A DNA stretch of 62,706 bases, filler included, from Circinaria calcarea (GCA_051942165.1; 6 parts of 6 records of this genome joined end to end with filler, not necessarily neighbours in it); one strand, 5' to 3'. Shown: positions 49,735 through 62,706, counted from the whole stretch's first letter. Program-made: numbers and translations. Notes: generated by a model from the sequence alone, not told the origin.

Positions 49735-51849
49735 AGGGTAGTGGGGTTTGCGGAAGCTTCGGGTGGGAAGGTTGAAGAGGAAGATTAAAGAGGAAGGGAA
49801 AGGGGGGGGGCGGATACTTTTGATTTGCATATCCTGTCATGTTCCTGTTCCTGTTTCCTCTAGATTCGGGAGAGCGAACAGTGAGTGGTGAGGGTAAAAT
49901 CTTCTTCCTTAAACAGAATCCTATCCTACCCTCACTTGTGCCTGTCGAACATGAAAAGGAAAGAGGCATGCCCCTATCCGCCGCCCCGGTTCCAACCACT
50001 TACCCCGAGCTACTGTACCCACCTTGATGATAAATTATCCGTCCAAAGCAGGTCAATCACCCTTGGGTGACTATGTACAAAAAAAGTCTTCACCAACCAA
50101 CCGATACCCATAACCCATAAACTATAACCTATAATTCCCCAACCCCCCTTCCCAAAAGTACCCGTAGCCCTACCCCGAATACATAAAAAGCTCCCCTCAC
50201 GTTTGCGCTAGGTTTTCCGGAACGCGCCGTATAGAGATTGTCGGCATCAGCCATCAGCCATCAGCTCTACTGTGATAATGTACACAAAAGAAGAGAACGG
50301 AACGGAACGGAACAAATGCATTCCTCCTCTCCTTGGTCTGGTCTCGTCCGGTCCAGTACAACTCAGTTCTAGTCTAACCCTACTTCTCCTCATTCTCCCC
50401 ACCCCCCAGCAAATAGCTGGTTACCTTCCCCTTCCCCTCACCTTCTCACCTCCCTCTATGACACTTTTTTTGGTTTTTTCGGACAGAGGGGGGGCCTGAT
50501 AGGAAACCACACGATTTTAACTATACGATTCCAAATTCCCAATTCCAATATAAATTCGAGTTCCAATATCCCTAGTGAACAGCCCTCCAGAGGGAAGAGA
50601 AATCAAGCTAGCAATTCGGCCTCAAAAAACCCCTCCTTTCTTTCCCATATTCGTTTTTTTTCTATCCAGCAATTACCCCAGAGTGCCCAAATTAGAGAAA
50701 ATATGCTCACGCTCTCACTCACCATCTCATCCATCCATCTTATTGGGGGAAGTCATAGGGCTTACCGAGGCATGTGTTGCATAGGAGGTCCATGCTCAAC
50801 ACTTCCTACACACACCGTAAAAGCACTTTTTCGTAGTATAGGTAGTTACTTAGTTACATACTCAGGTAATAATGCCACCATATATTCTACTGCTTAACAC
50901 ATCTCATCCGTGCCGAGCTGACTACAACCATGGGCCTTCCAATAGTGCAGTGTAATAGGGGCGCATTAAAACCAATATAGTAGTGCAAGTTGTAAGAGCT
51001 CTCTGCACCAGCCAACGGCGTACTGAAAAATTTTGAAAATAGGAAAATAAAATAAAGGGGGGGGGGAATATTTTGAAGTTTAAAAATGCTTTCTAGACCC
51101 TCTACGATTAAAAAATTGGGGGGCCCGGGATTATTACTGGTACTCCCGTAGATAAAAAATTTCAAAAAACCACACACATGGTGTGTGATTTTATAGAAAA
51201 CGCAACCCCCCTAAAAGGTAGCGCTGGATTTGAATCCCCCCGAGATAAAAACTTCTTTCAAGTAAATAGATGTTTATTTGAACTATAGTATGGTAACGAC
51301 TCCTTTCTTTCCGCGCATTACCTTAATAAATATTCCTCCCTCCCTCCCGCGCAACCGAAGTCCGGCAAGCACGGGCGATGGGCGAGGTCTTTGAGACTAT
51401 ATGTAGAAGAGATGGACTGCACTATCGGAAGCCCTGATTAACAATTGGAAAGAAAATCGGAGAAAAAGATGATGGGCTGTCATGCGAGTGATTGTGCGTT
51501 TTCGGTTTCAGGTTTCATTTAGGGTTTCGGGTCTTTGATTTGATTTGATTCATTTCGATTCGAAATTTCGAAATTTGATTTTGATTTTGATTTGATAGGT
51601 TCGGGGGTTCGGTAATGAACCAAACAAAGGAAAGGGAATAAAAACAAAAGTACATGGGCTATGCTATACTATACTATACGATACGATACGATGCCGGGGG
51701 GAGGGGGGAAAACAAAGAAGCAACTATTACTATAAATTCCGTCCTTCCATCTAGCACCAGGCTGTCCATTCTATCACTTCCTTTGTGTTTTCCCCCTCCT
51801 TCCTTTCAAAATAATCTCCCCCTGCCACCACGTCAAATAGAGAAAATTC

Positions 51850-52255
51850 TCACTCGTCTGCCTCCCTCTCCACAAGGTCATCCAAAACATCCCTCGGCGC
51901 GAACCCTTCGACCTCCGTAGGGTTAACATCCCACGCCTCGTCCACCTCCCTCTTCACCAGCTCATCCAAAACTCCCCTAGGCGCGAACCCTTCGACCTCC
52001 GTAGGGTTAACATCCCACGCCTCGTTCACCTCCCTCTCCACTAGCTCATCCAAAACTTCCCTCGTCTCGAACCCCTCCAGCGCCTCGTTGTCAGCAACAT
52101 TCCTCGGCACGAACCCGCTCACGCCTCCAAGCCCACCCACAACACTCGGCTGCGCCTTGGCTACCATGTCTTTGAAGCAAAACTGGGTGCCCACCGCTGT
52201 GCGGCCCGACGCGAACAGCCAATCTTTGACCGAGTACCAGCCGGCCGAGTTGTTC
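51850..52255 (-). CDS. 3' part of an unknown protein with acidic 28-aa C-terminal tandem repeats (5'-truncated)
   Basis: Open from the contig edge: NNSAGWYSVKDWLFASGRTAVGTQFCFKD, then repeats of GF(AP/ET)R(G/D/E)VLD(E/D)LV(E/K)REV(D/N)EAWDVNPTEVE, then TGA. Confidence 0.65.
51853..52077. repeat. 84-bp coding tandem repeat, about 2.7 copies
   Basis: Units start at 51853, 51937 and 52021. Confidence 0.95.
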
Positions 52256-52355
52256 NNNNNNNNNNNNNNNNNNNNNNNNNNNNNNNNNNNNNNNNNNNNT
52301 TAATTAATTAANNNNNNNNNNNNNNNNNNNNNNNNNNNNNNNNNNNNNNNNNNNN
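52256..52355. other. Artificial contig linker
   Basis: N44-TTAATTAATTAA-N44. Confidence 0.98.
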
Positions 52356-52570
52356 TAAAGGATCGGAAACAGGACAAGTCCGAGGGGGATTCGCTGAATG
52401 TGACGAATAGTAAAAGTGAGGATGACGATCCCTCGTCCACGCCAAAGCCCGTCTTTGAGACCTTGAATCTAGGAGTCGATAGAAGGCTACTCGTCAATCG
52501 CCGAACGCAAATCAAGATGCATAGATGTTGGATGCAAGGAAGATTTCGAAAACCAGCTACGTCCGATTAA
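52356..52570 (+). CDS. TRM140: 3' end of a tRNA m3C methyltransferase (Trm140/Abp140, METTL2-like), 5'-truncated
   Basis: FETLNLGVDRRLLVNRRTQIKMHRCWMQGRFRKP followed by TAA; absent from the ORF track. Confidence 0.8.
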
Positions 52571-52701
52571 GAATCTGACGCTGGAACATACCTTAAGGTT
52601 CTTGCGGTTATCAACGATTTCTCCGTTTTGATATCAATACAACATCCTTTGCTTATACGCTTTTTTTCTATATACAAGAGGCATATATACGCCGATACAG
52701 G

Positions 52702-54734
52702 TCACCTGCCAACAATATTTACGAGTTCGCTATTGGGTACGACTTTTCCCCAAACTTGTCAGCTCCATTGGCTTCAAAGATTGAATTGTGAGAAAAGCTT
52801 ACCGAAGGGTTGAACCTGATTCCTGACCAGCGTGCGCTGCTCATACGCATAAGCATAAGAGATCAAGCTAGCTTCACTCCATTTTGGACCTAAGAAACTG
52901 AGGCCGAAACTAGATCACATCCGTCAGCTACCTCCCAAACCATCGGACAGGAGAACTTACGGAATGTTAGGGCCAGTGCCAACAAGATCACCACGGTTGT
53001 TCTTGATGATGGTCGTGTTGGTAGGGTAGAATCCCATCGGGACTGTAATCACCGGTGTACCGACCAGCGCCGGAAGACCAGGAGAGAAATCGGTGGGTAG
53101 CATTAGAGCGTCAAGACTGTTGTTTGCCAGCGCACCCAAAATCCCCTGAATACCTGCAGTCACAAGGTTTATCTGATATGCATCCCAGAACCGAGGGTCG
53201 GTGTTGTTGAAGCCCAAGGCGAGAGCATCGTCCCAGATTTTGGTATCACGATCCGGATAGTCCTCGAGCGGGAAGCTGCGCGTGAAGTTACTGACGTCGG
53301 AAAGGGAATGAATGTTGAAAGGATTTGATACGAGTTGCGAAAGATACTTCGGCAAGTCTGATACAAAGTCGGCCTCAAGAACTATGATCGACGAATTCCC
53401 ATTAAAGTATTGATCCAAGGCATAGGCGGTGATATTCGTATTATCGACAATGATTGCCCCGGCGTTTCGGACGGTCTTAATCGCTGCTTCAAATGCCGCT
53501 AACACTGGAGCATCACCCTCCTGGTCATAAATCACGTTCCGTGGAATACCAATCCGTTTACCTGCGAGTCCAGAAAACTTGCAGGCGGCAACGTAATCAG
53601 GTAATGTATCGTTGAAAGGAATCGCAGAAGTGTAGTTGTCGTATGGGTCTTTCCCGGCAATCGCCTGGAGAATATACGCTGCGTCTTTGACTGTACGGGC
53701 CATTGGCCCCACAGTATCTTGCCGCTCACTGATGGGGATCACCAGATTTCGAGAAGTCAGACCGACGGTAGGCTTTATTCCAACCAAGTTGTTCTGACTC
53801 GAAGGGGACAAAATACTTCCGCTCGTCTAGCACTGTCAGGATCTGAAAACGGCAGGACTCTTACAAGACTGACCTCTGTCCCGATGGCAGCCAGGGCGAG
53901 CCCAACTGAGGCTGCAACTCCACTACCACTCGAACTTCCACTAGGATCTTGTAGAGGATAGTAGGCGCCATATACCTGACCGCCATAGGCACTCCAACCA
54001 TTGGAGGAGTTGGAGGATCTAAAATTCGCCCACTGACTTAGGTTTGTCTTGCCCAAAATGATCACCCCAGCCGCGCGAAGTTTAGCTGCAAAGCCAGAAT
54101 CGCGAGGGACCGTGGCTCCATATAGTGCAAAGGATCCGGCTGGGAGGTTACGATGAGCGATCCATCTTGGATGGAAGGAATAATATAGTCTTACGAACCA
54201 GTATTGGTCATCTTATCCGCTGTAGCCATGTTGTTCTTGATCAAGATTGGTATTCCATGTAAAGGCCTATATCATTCAGTCTCGTCCTACTTGCCATACA
54301 AACTCAGTGATTACCCTCGACTAGTCCCATTGGCTCGCTCGGCATCTAATTGTGCTGCAATTGCCAGTCCATCGGGATTTATTTCTGTGACCACGTTCAA
54401 GGTCGAGTTAACCTCGGAAATTCTTGCTATATACGCCTGAGCGCTATCGGTAAGTCTGTGTACAGTAGACGTCCGCCATTGACATACGTTGACAAGATCT
54501 ACGCTAGTGAACTGTCCGCTTTCCAGGCCCACAGCAAGATCTTCGGTAGTCACATCTATGAGACTGGGAAATGGCTTTCCACCAACTGTCCGAGAATGAG
54601 GACCGGAGCTAAAGCTGCGGGATGTAATACACACCTATCTGGGACTGACAGGAATACTGTCCCCGACCGATTTTAGAGAGTAAGGAGAGCAACAAGATTG
54701 CGATTGGCAGCATCGCTCTTGTGGGAAAAGTCAT
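52702..54734 (-). CDS. Secreted amidase-signature family enzyme, multi-exon
   Basis: Hydrophobic N-terminus; GIPILIKNNMAT (catalytic Lys); ILGKTNLSQWAN; PSGSSSGSGVA; GTE..GSILSPS; VGIKPTVGLTSR; QDTVGPMARTV; YAYEQRT. Confidence 0.92.
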
Positions 54735-55345
54735 GGTGAAAGAACTGACATGGAATCACTGAGCTCGAAATATTGGGCTCGCAAGGTATCTTATTGATTT
54801 GCCTGCCATGCTTGAACCAATTCCAAGCTCCCAGCCTTTACATGAGCTTCTCCATACGGCTAGGAGTAAATCGTGTCATTGTATATGCGCGATAACAGGA
54901 TCCTGTCGTCTTAGGTAATGCTCATCCTCTTAACCAAGCTTGTTTGGTTCAATCGCAAGCACAGAAAGGAGAGGCCCCACCGGCAAGATCCTTCACTAAC
55001 GCAGACGGGATGTTTCGATGGGATGGACATGAAGATGGTGTTCATGGTAATAGAGCCAAGGCCCTCAATGCCACTAGAATATCTGCCGGTGGCCTTCCAA
55101 GATAGGAAGCTCGTTCGAATAGGCTATTAGAAATTGCATTGACGCCATCAACTAATAATGATATCAAAGGCATTGCATAACGTGACGATAAGGAAGATTT
55201 GAAGCTATTCTAACCGATAAAGCGGGCAAAGTCTGTTACGTAAGCTGAAAGACCAGGTCGGGAATTATGATTGGTTGCAAGCGATGAGAATATCTATGTT
55301 TACAAAGGCAGAGAGCTCCCACAGGGTGTAAAAGGAGGAATCGAG

Positions 55346-57235
55346 ATGGAGGAAAGCACCGGACTAGGGCCAACCACCGAAAACCCGGCAGGTTCCTTGC
55401 AGCAACTGAGTAAAATTCAAACGAAGAAACCCCCGCCAGAGTCTTCGGACAGCATACGAGTACGTAGTCTTGTCGTGGCATCTTTCTGGGCCATTGCCGT
55501 GTTCCTAGGGCTGCCAATATGGTGGTGGACCACATCGATCCCTCGCGCTCGGCTTCCGTTACGGGAAATGCTGGAATGGGCTGACGGTAAGGTACTGTTT
55601 CGACCACCCCATCTTGCCCTGGGAAAATCTGCAGCTAACTAGATCACTTATATGTAGGCATGCAAGCCCACCTTTCCGCTGCAAATCATTGTCGATGCAC
55701 CAAGCCTACAGCCTGACGATGCACAGCATCTGGTTCGTACAATACAGCATGCACTTGACGACTTGAACGAGTTTTCCGCTCATCATCTGCGACTACGGCT
55801 GGGAAGATCATCTACCGGATCTAACAACAGCTCGATCCATGGGTTTGATTCCCAGCATGAGGAGGAAGAAGAAGAAGAAGAAGAAGAAGGAGTGGCATTG
55901 ACGGTCAGCGTTAACCCGGTAGAGGGTACATCAACCACAAGCGTTAAACTGGAGCCTCATTCCATGGTACTGGACGTATCTTACGCTGCTGGTCAGGTCG
56001 CATCCGCGTCTTCAAGCTCGTCAACACTTGCTAACACCATTGCCAATAATTTACAAGACATGTTTGCAGAGGAACAGGCAAGCATAGCATATATCTTGGC
56101 TGGAAGCCAGACGTCTGGGCATGGGCAACATGCCTCTACAGGAAGTGGACAAGCGCCGCAGATATCTCAATCCATACCTGCAACGCGTGATTCCCGCAAC
56201 GGAGTGAGCAGAATTATCTCTCCAGAGCTCGCGACCAAGTTGGCGCGCCGCACTACAAGAGCCGTTAAATACGCTCCACTATATCACATCACAATATCTC
56301 TGTTCACCTCGAGTGCCAGTCCCTCATCATGGGATATTGAATCGGCCATCGATGAATACTTTGCACCATTACTTGAGTCATTTTCGGTCAGCAACTTTAC
56401 CGTCGATACCCAAGTACAACTTTATGCTAAGTTTTCTCCTTCCGTACAACCTCCAAAGTATGATACGGCCGTGGGAGCATGGACATTGAGAACCGAAGAT
56501 TTAAGCGGTTTCATTAACGCCGCAGAATGGCCTCTTGGCCCAAGCATTGGGGCAGGCCCAACTCTGAATTTCATCATATATGTTCCAGGCAGGTCGATTT
56601 CACCCCTGTTGGTGGAAAAAAGCTATGCAAACAGCTGGTTGATACCCCAATGGGGTGGTGTTACCATTCTGAACCTTCCCGAGACGACACCAGAATCCTC
56701 ACCGGCTGTGTTAGCTCTTGATAAAGAATCTTTGCAGCCCGCATTATTCACATTCTCGCATCAATTACTATCCCTGTTAGGGGCTCCCGAATCACCTCCT
56801 TCGTTTCCCTTGCAGCTTCAGACTTTGACGCGTGTACGAGCAGCTTCACTTCTGCTCTCGGCCTCATCTACTATGGGCTCCTTGGCAAGACTTACCGTAG
56901 CCCTGCCATCGATCGCGATCCCAGACACTGTTGCCGTTGCGGTTGATAAGACACTTTCACATTTGCGAGATACGTGCACGTACCTCAGAGATGGAAAATT
57001 TCATGCGGCTTTGGATCACGCCCGAATAGCTGAAGCCGAAGCAGAGAAGGGATTCTTTGAAAAGAGCATGGTCGGGATGGTCTATTTCCCCGACGAGCAC
57101 AAAGTTGCTGTTTACCTGCCCCTGCTTGGCCCTATCGGTGTCCCTCTGTTGATGAGTGCTGCGAAAGAAATGAGGAGATTGTGGGTCATGATCAGATCCA
57201 GACGATCCAGGACAGTCCAACTATCCTCGATATAA
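55346..57235 (+). CDS. GPI17: GPI transamidase subunit PIG-S/Gpi17; intron 55592-55657
   Basis: LGLPIWWWTTSIPRA, FINAAEWPL, SWLIPQWGGV, FFEKSMVGMVYFPDEHKVAVYLPLLGP; includes a poly-Glu (GAA)n tract. Confidence 0.93.
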
Positions 57236-59855
57236 TGATATAAAAGGCCAACCTCTTCTGATATTAGCCATTCGCGCCAACTTCCTCTGACACTTTTCTG
57301 ACATCAATCAGCCTTGGCAAATTGAGAGTAAACCCGGCACGCTATCCTCCTGTAGTCATGTGAGTTTAACGATGTCTGTCAACACTACGTCTAAGATACG
57401 GATATGGCCTGGTGGACACGTCTTCGGCCAACAGCGATGACCCAAATAAATGATCAGCACTAGAGGGTCGATCCCACCGGTTAGAATAAAGCAACACGTT
57501 ATGATCCTTGTTGGACCCTTATTGTGTCCCCCACATGTCAGAGCAACCAAATACTGATCTGGTGTGTTTTAGCCGGAGGCGGTTGCCCTTTGTACGACCT
57601 TTGGGGCAATGTGGGGCTAGGAAACATGACTCTTATCCGGGCACAGGGTTTCAGATACAGGTGTAGGCGTCCCCAACCTTCAGAGGTTATCGTCTCTCTG
57701 CCATGTCCAATCATGAAGCAGAAGTCTTCATCTTTTGGGAGTGGCGGTCTTGCCGCAAAGGCACAATCTATGTGGCCGGTTTCGTAATGCTATGGTTCCG
57801 GTCATGATTGCTCTCAGGTTCAGGTACATAGAGGAATCACAAAATCGACCAAGGTTTCTCATATGGTACAGCAGTCATTATTGTAGCCTGAATGTGATGC
57901 CAATCACTGAAGCTGCATCAAAGCATAAGCAAGATCCAACACGTTCAGTCGTTTCCCATATTTATGACCCGCCCAATGTGGACTGCCTAATGTTGGCAAC
58001 AAATGAATTGGCGGCACAGTCGTGCAAGGTTGACGCGTGGAGAATCACGATGGCCCCGGGACTGATCTACATACCAACAAAGCCAATCCATAGCCAAAGT
58101 CGTATCAGCCCACCACTTTATTTGTTTTTTGCCTCGACGGCCTAGACCGACCTAGTCGCTACTACTGCCACAGACGAGTAACCGGTACAATCGTGACGGA
58201 TACGAATTGCGGGAGTCCGCAGGGTCAAGGGATGTAGGCACCCGGAATCGACTCCGTACCAGATTTCAGCGACGGCGTCCAATCTCCCTGAACATCAGGA
58301 CTCGAAGCCTTGCAAGATGGCGGTGCCACATGGGAAGAAGCGCAATCCTCGCGAAAGATGGAACTCGTGAGCCGGTCTCCCAGTATCTTAACTCCGTTTC
58401 GAAGGGAACGACTGCCCATAACCGGCCGTTCCGCACGTGGGGCCTTCCCTGACGGATGGCGCCAGCCACAGTGTCTCATCACGACTCGGTCGGACAATTT
58501 TCGTAGACCATGCCACAGCATTTGACACTTGTGATCCTAATCCTCCGTAGAGGCGATGTGTAACTTTGCTAGAGGGAACCCAAGCCGTGCTTCCTCAGAC
58601 TGGAGCAGGGCCGTCGAGGCCGATAGATAAGCCTATAGTCCCTGTCTGCTTGGTCCGGGGTCCTATCTAGAACGGAGAGTAAGGTAGATAGTGGTACTCG
58701 TTCCCCTGATGTGCGTAGTTAATCTCTCTGAGAGCCCATGTTGGAATTCCAATGGCATGGTGTGAGTTGGACGATCTTTGATGTGAGCCGTTCTCCTTCA
58801 ACGTTCCTGCAGGGGACAGGCCTGGCAAGCGAATAGTAGCGTCCCTCTAGCAAGACGCGGCGCGGTAGGACCGATATCTTCGTTCTTGACGCTTCCTCAC
58901 ACATCGACCTCCACTGTAACTTACCGATAAAATCTCAGTCGGCATCGACCAGGTCTAGCCGGTGCACGCAATATGGGCAGCCTGCATGCCCTGCCGTGTG
59001 CAGTGGCACGCCAGAAGGTCAGATGCGAACGGAATCTCATTGCTCGACATCAACGGTGTCGGCAGTATCTATGGCGGGGCTGAAACACGAGCATCTCTTG
59101 GAGCGCTTTTCGGCTGCGTCGAAACCGCAGCTTTCTGGGGTAGAGATGTCGTGTGCCCGCATTCGATCTACGAAGGATGCCACCAGGGCCCACGATATCT
59201 CTTTGGCCAACCACGAGTGCCACGGTCCGAAGCTAGAGACCAACTTGGAGTGCAATGAACGGTACTATCCCAGATCTTTCAGGCACACCGTTTTCTCTGC
59301 GCATGTACTCAACGGTTAGTCGGCCAGCATCCTGACATCACTGCAGGTTCTGTACATGTAACTTTTCGCATATCGCATCAGAGTGCCCCTGCCTGTGCTC
59401 TCCAATGTGACTACCCGAGATTCACCAGTCCACAGTCCTCACGATTGAAAGGCCCCCTCATGTCTGGAGAGCAGTCCTCCGGGAAGGCCCCCACCCAACA
59501 CAGCACTATATCCGGACGAACCGCAGAGACCTTGCTCCGTCGACGGTAAAATCTGACTGCCCGAGTCCTGATCAACGGTGTTTGTGAGAATCAAGACTTG
59601 AAGTTTGCGTTCGGCAGCGTAGTACTTCCCCGTTCCGTCCACAGACGTTCACACAGCGCGGACCACTTGCAGCTTTCCAGCCCTATCGTGTACCTTTCAC
59701 ACCCCACCGAGTCTCCATATCTTCTTGAGTCAACACGTCAAGCATCACCACGGAAGCAAATCTCTTTCCAGCATTCCTTCTGTTCGTTCAAGGAGCAATG
59801 TATTTCTAGTCATCCTCATTTTACTCCGTCCGGCTTGACGCGCTTGAGCTGCACT

Positions 59856-62680
59856 ATGTCTGGAAGAAGCGCGTACGTGCGTGCCAGAACAGGCGAACTC
59901 GCAGACAAGACAGCAAGAAGGCAAGATCTATCTTACGGCCATGAAGGTTCTTACCTCTACGGGTTCCCAGAGAATCCAGCAACACCAGCAGTACCGCCCA
60001 TGAACCATTCTTTTGCATTTACGCCACATGCACCACGCCATCGGCCATCCGTTTCATCTGGCGGCAGCACTTATGCATATCCTCCACCACCATTTCGAAA
60101 GCCTCGACCCATTATCGTTGCCTCGGCCATCGAGAAGAGCGACTTCCGGACACATTTCGACGGCATGAGTAGGAGCGTACGCGGGAAACTTGGTAGACTC
60201 ATCAAGGGCAGCGACGATAACGCTAATACTCACACACATGCGTCCAAGGCTGCTTCTGGTAGCTCAGACTCCGGCTCCCGGAGCACAGGGTTTGCTCCAT
60301 CACTAACTCCGGTGCCAGCATTATCTCGGTGTCCTACTCCACCAGATGCATCTGGGTCTTCCCGGGTCCACGGGCCATCTTATCAGAATGACCTGCGGTT
60401 GAAGGAGCAGGAACCGAAGGTTAGCAGCGTGAGAAGATTCGAAGGTGGAGGGAAGTTACCCCAAACGGGTTGGAGGTCAATAGCTAGGGTACGTAATTTT
60501 CTCTCGATCTTCCACTCAATCATCAGCTTACACCTGCACTTGAACAGAATCCGGAGTTATGGGACGATGAAGGAGACACACTGGTTTACATGTATGTCCG
60601 TGGATCCACTTCCAAACCGCCGCCTTCTTTTCGCATCAACTCCTCCGTCATTTACGAATCGGGGTCCGCTCTGTTTATCAGCCAGCTTCGTGACACATCG
60701 GTTCCCGAGGGATGGCCTCGCTTCTGTCCTAGTGATCTGCCATCACCTGTCGATAGTCGATCTGCAAGGGATACTATAATCTCGGATGACTTTCCCCATC
60801 ACCCTTTGTCCCGTCCTGCAAGTGGCTCTGATATCGAGACCTTGGAGCCTATTCATCCCCTCGAGTTTTCGAGGAGGCAGCTTGTGAAATCCCCCGAAGG
60901 GATCCGGCATGAAATCTATGTTGCATGGCCTGGCCCCGAGTGCGGTTTACACTCAACAGTCTGGCATATTGCCACGCGGAATTTTTTTGCGGTTTTGTAC
61001 AATGCTAACAATGTTGTCGGCATAACACTTTATGAATCACTCGCTAGGCTATTCGAACGCATTACCACATATTCGGATTACCTGGATAGGAATACCAATA
61101 AGGCGGCTTGGATCACTGACTATATGGTCCGATATAAATTCGATGACGTACGCAACAATCCATCGTTTGCCGCCTCTTTACTTGCGTTCAGTGAGCTCCC
61201 AGGCGTTCGATGGCGACAAGGGTACATTGAAGCGTTCGTACATTGTGTTGGGATGTTAAATATGGGTCTTCAGACTGTTGCCGAGTGGCACTGCATTACA
61301 CCCCTCACGAGGATGTTCCTACAAAATGCAAACTTAGAGTTGGAAGATCGGATTCATCGAGCTCAAGCTTGGCTATTCTCATTTAATTTCACGGATATGT
61401 GGCCCCCTTCGAGTCCGCCACGTTCGTCCGCCCAAGGATGTTTTGATCGTTTGCGAAAATGGCTATGCAGATACTACGAGGGCGTCTTTCTTCACTGGCC
61501 TCCGGGCAATAACCAAACCTGGCTTACACATGACATGGTTATCCGCCTAAGGAACGACTTTCATGCTCTTTACGATTACCTTGTGGATCGGGACATTATT
61601 TTCGACGGATCAGAATATCGCCCAGGACAGAAATGGGTAATCGCAAGCAAATTCGGTCAATCGTTCCGAGCTGACACCCCTGAACTTCCCTTGACCGAAA
61701 TCCTCCTCGGGTTCGATGAACGCAATGGGTTCCCTCACATGCCTCATCCATATCCGATAACTCCTCCCTCGGTACCAGCACACGCGAAACCCAAATCCTC
61801 GTTCATGAGCAAACGGTCAGTGTGCCGCGGTGACACCCTTGCCCAATCACGCCGCAAGGCTCTATCATATTCGGAAGCAAGTAACGTTTACACGTTGCGA
61901 GATCAGTACATGCATACGGATCTCGCCACAAATTTTATCAGGTTTGAACAGTCAGACATGCTCGACTACGTTGATCCGTTTGAAGCACGACGTGGTCGCT
62001 GGATACTGATATACGGAGTACTGCAAGTCCTAGCCACGATATCAGTTGACCATCCCGGTGTGCGCTTCAGTGAGGGGGTGCAGTACCATATCAGCCCACA
62101 TATGAAGGGTGTCGTCCCTTGGGCAGAACCTGGTAGTCCACCAGAGCCAGAAGCCGAGCATAATAAGAGCCACTGTTTTGTGGTGCCAGGTACCTGGGCT
62201 CCAACGGCTCCAAAAGCACGACCAGGAACGCATAAGCCAATTCTTTGGGGCCAGTACGGTGATGGGAGAATCAGGGTTGAGAGCACCGAAAAAGTTACAT
62301 ACACCCCCACCAAAATTTCTGAACATACTCTAGAAAAGGCTCCGGGGAATGCTTCCGAGAAGGAACCTGGAAGTGTTCTCGGGAGAGCCCCTGAAGCGAG
62401 TGTCACCAGCAGCATTAATCACCATGCTCGTGATATGAGCATTGGGAGGAAGAAGGCAGAGGAATGGTTGGCCTCGACTGCAGGAGAGTCTCTCGAGGTT
62501 GGCTTCGAGATGGAGGGAAGCGGCAGTCCTCCTATTCCATCAGGTAGCGGTATCAACGAAGCTGACGTACTATGCCGGAGTAATGAGGACCATTCCAGTG
62601 ATTCCGCGGTCTTGGCTGCGAAACGTCGAAGAGCTCAGATGTTCGGCTTCAGTAACTTCCAGGCCCCGAAAGACTGGTGA
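59856..62680 (+). CDS. Conserved Pezizomycotina hypothetical protein (DUF8004-like); intron 60489-60547
   Basis: ELWDDEGDTLVY, WHIATRNFFAVL, WRQGYIEAFVHCVGM, DFHALYDYLVD, ARRGRWILIYGVLQVL; disordered N-terminus. Confidence 0.75.
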
Positions 62681-62706
62681 TTCTTTAGGCAGGAATTTCA
62701 ATCCAG

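Noticed and set aside
10391..52355. Regularly spaced TTAATTAATTAA as a biological repeat or CRISPR-like array
   Set aside because: It always sits within 44+44 Ns; this is a synthetic six-frame-stop linker.
51850..54734. Repeat precursor, methyltransferase and amidase as a RiPP cluster
   Set aside because: A linker separates them onto different contigs, and the methyltransferase is the housekeeping Trm140 type.

Overview
Filamentous ascomycete (Pezizomycotina-type) genomic DNA with short GT-AG introns. The window is not one locus. It is six contigs of 10,390, 10,377, 10,366, 10,366, 10,356 and 10,351 bp, in descending size, joined by artificial 100-nt N44-TTAATTAATTAA-N44 linkers, so gene neighbourhoods only mean something within a contig. 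Contig 1: a very large TFIIIC B-block-binding subunit gene (Tfc3/Sfc3), AIM6 and a CCDC137-like fragment. Contig 2: a decayed GMC oxidase / UbiA-type terpene cyclase / P450 mini-cluster, an intact S53 tripeptidyl peptidase and an ankyrin relic. Contig 3: a BrlA-like C2H2 factor and a broken His-rich repeat secreted precursor. Contig 4: PP2A B' (RTS1), YJU2, an F-box/2EXR-like gene and a bilirubin-oxidase-like multicopper oxidase. Contig 5: MMS2, MON2, an I78 inhibitor and a C-terminal 28-aa repeat protein. Contig 6: the 3' end of TRM140, an amidase, GPI17 and a DUF8004-like gene. Best leads: (i) two Pol III B-boxes flanking the start of the gene for the B-box-binding protein, suggesting TFIIIC autoregulation; (ii) a five-copy YxPS(I/V)xAHT repeat alternating with AT-hook-like motifs inside that protein; (iii) a fossil UbiA-terpene cluster whose cyclase frame is interrupted only by a TAG at a Trp position; (iv) two Kex2-type repeat-peptide precursor candidates. 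All family calls come from motif recognition by eye, not from database searches.
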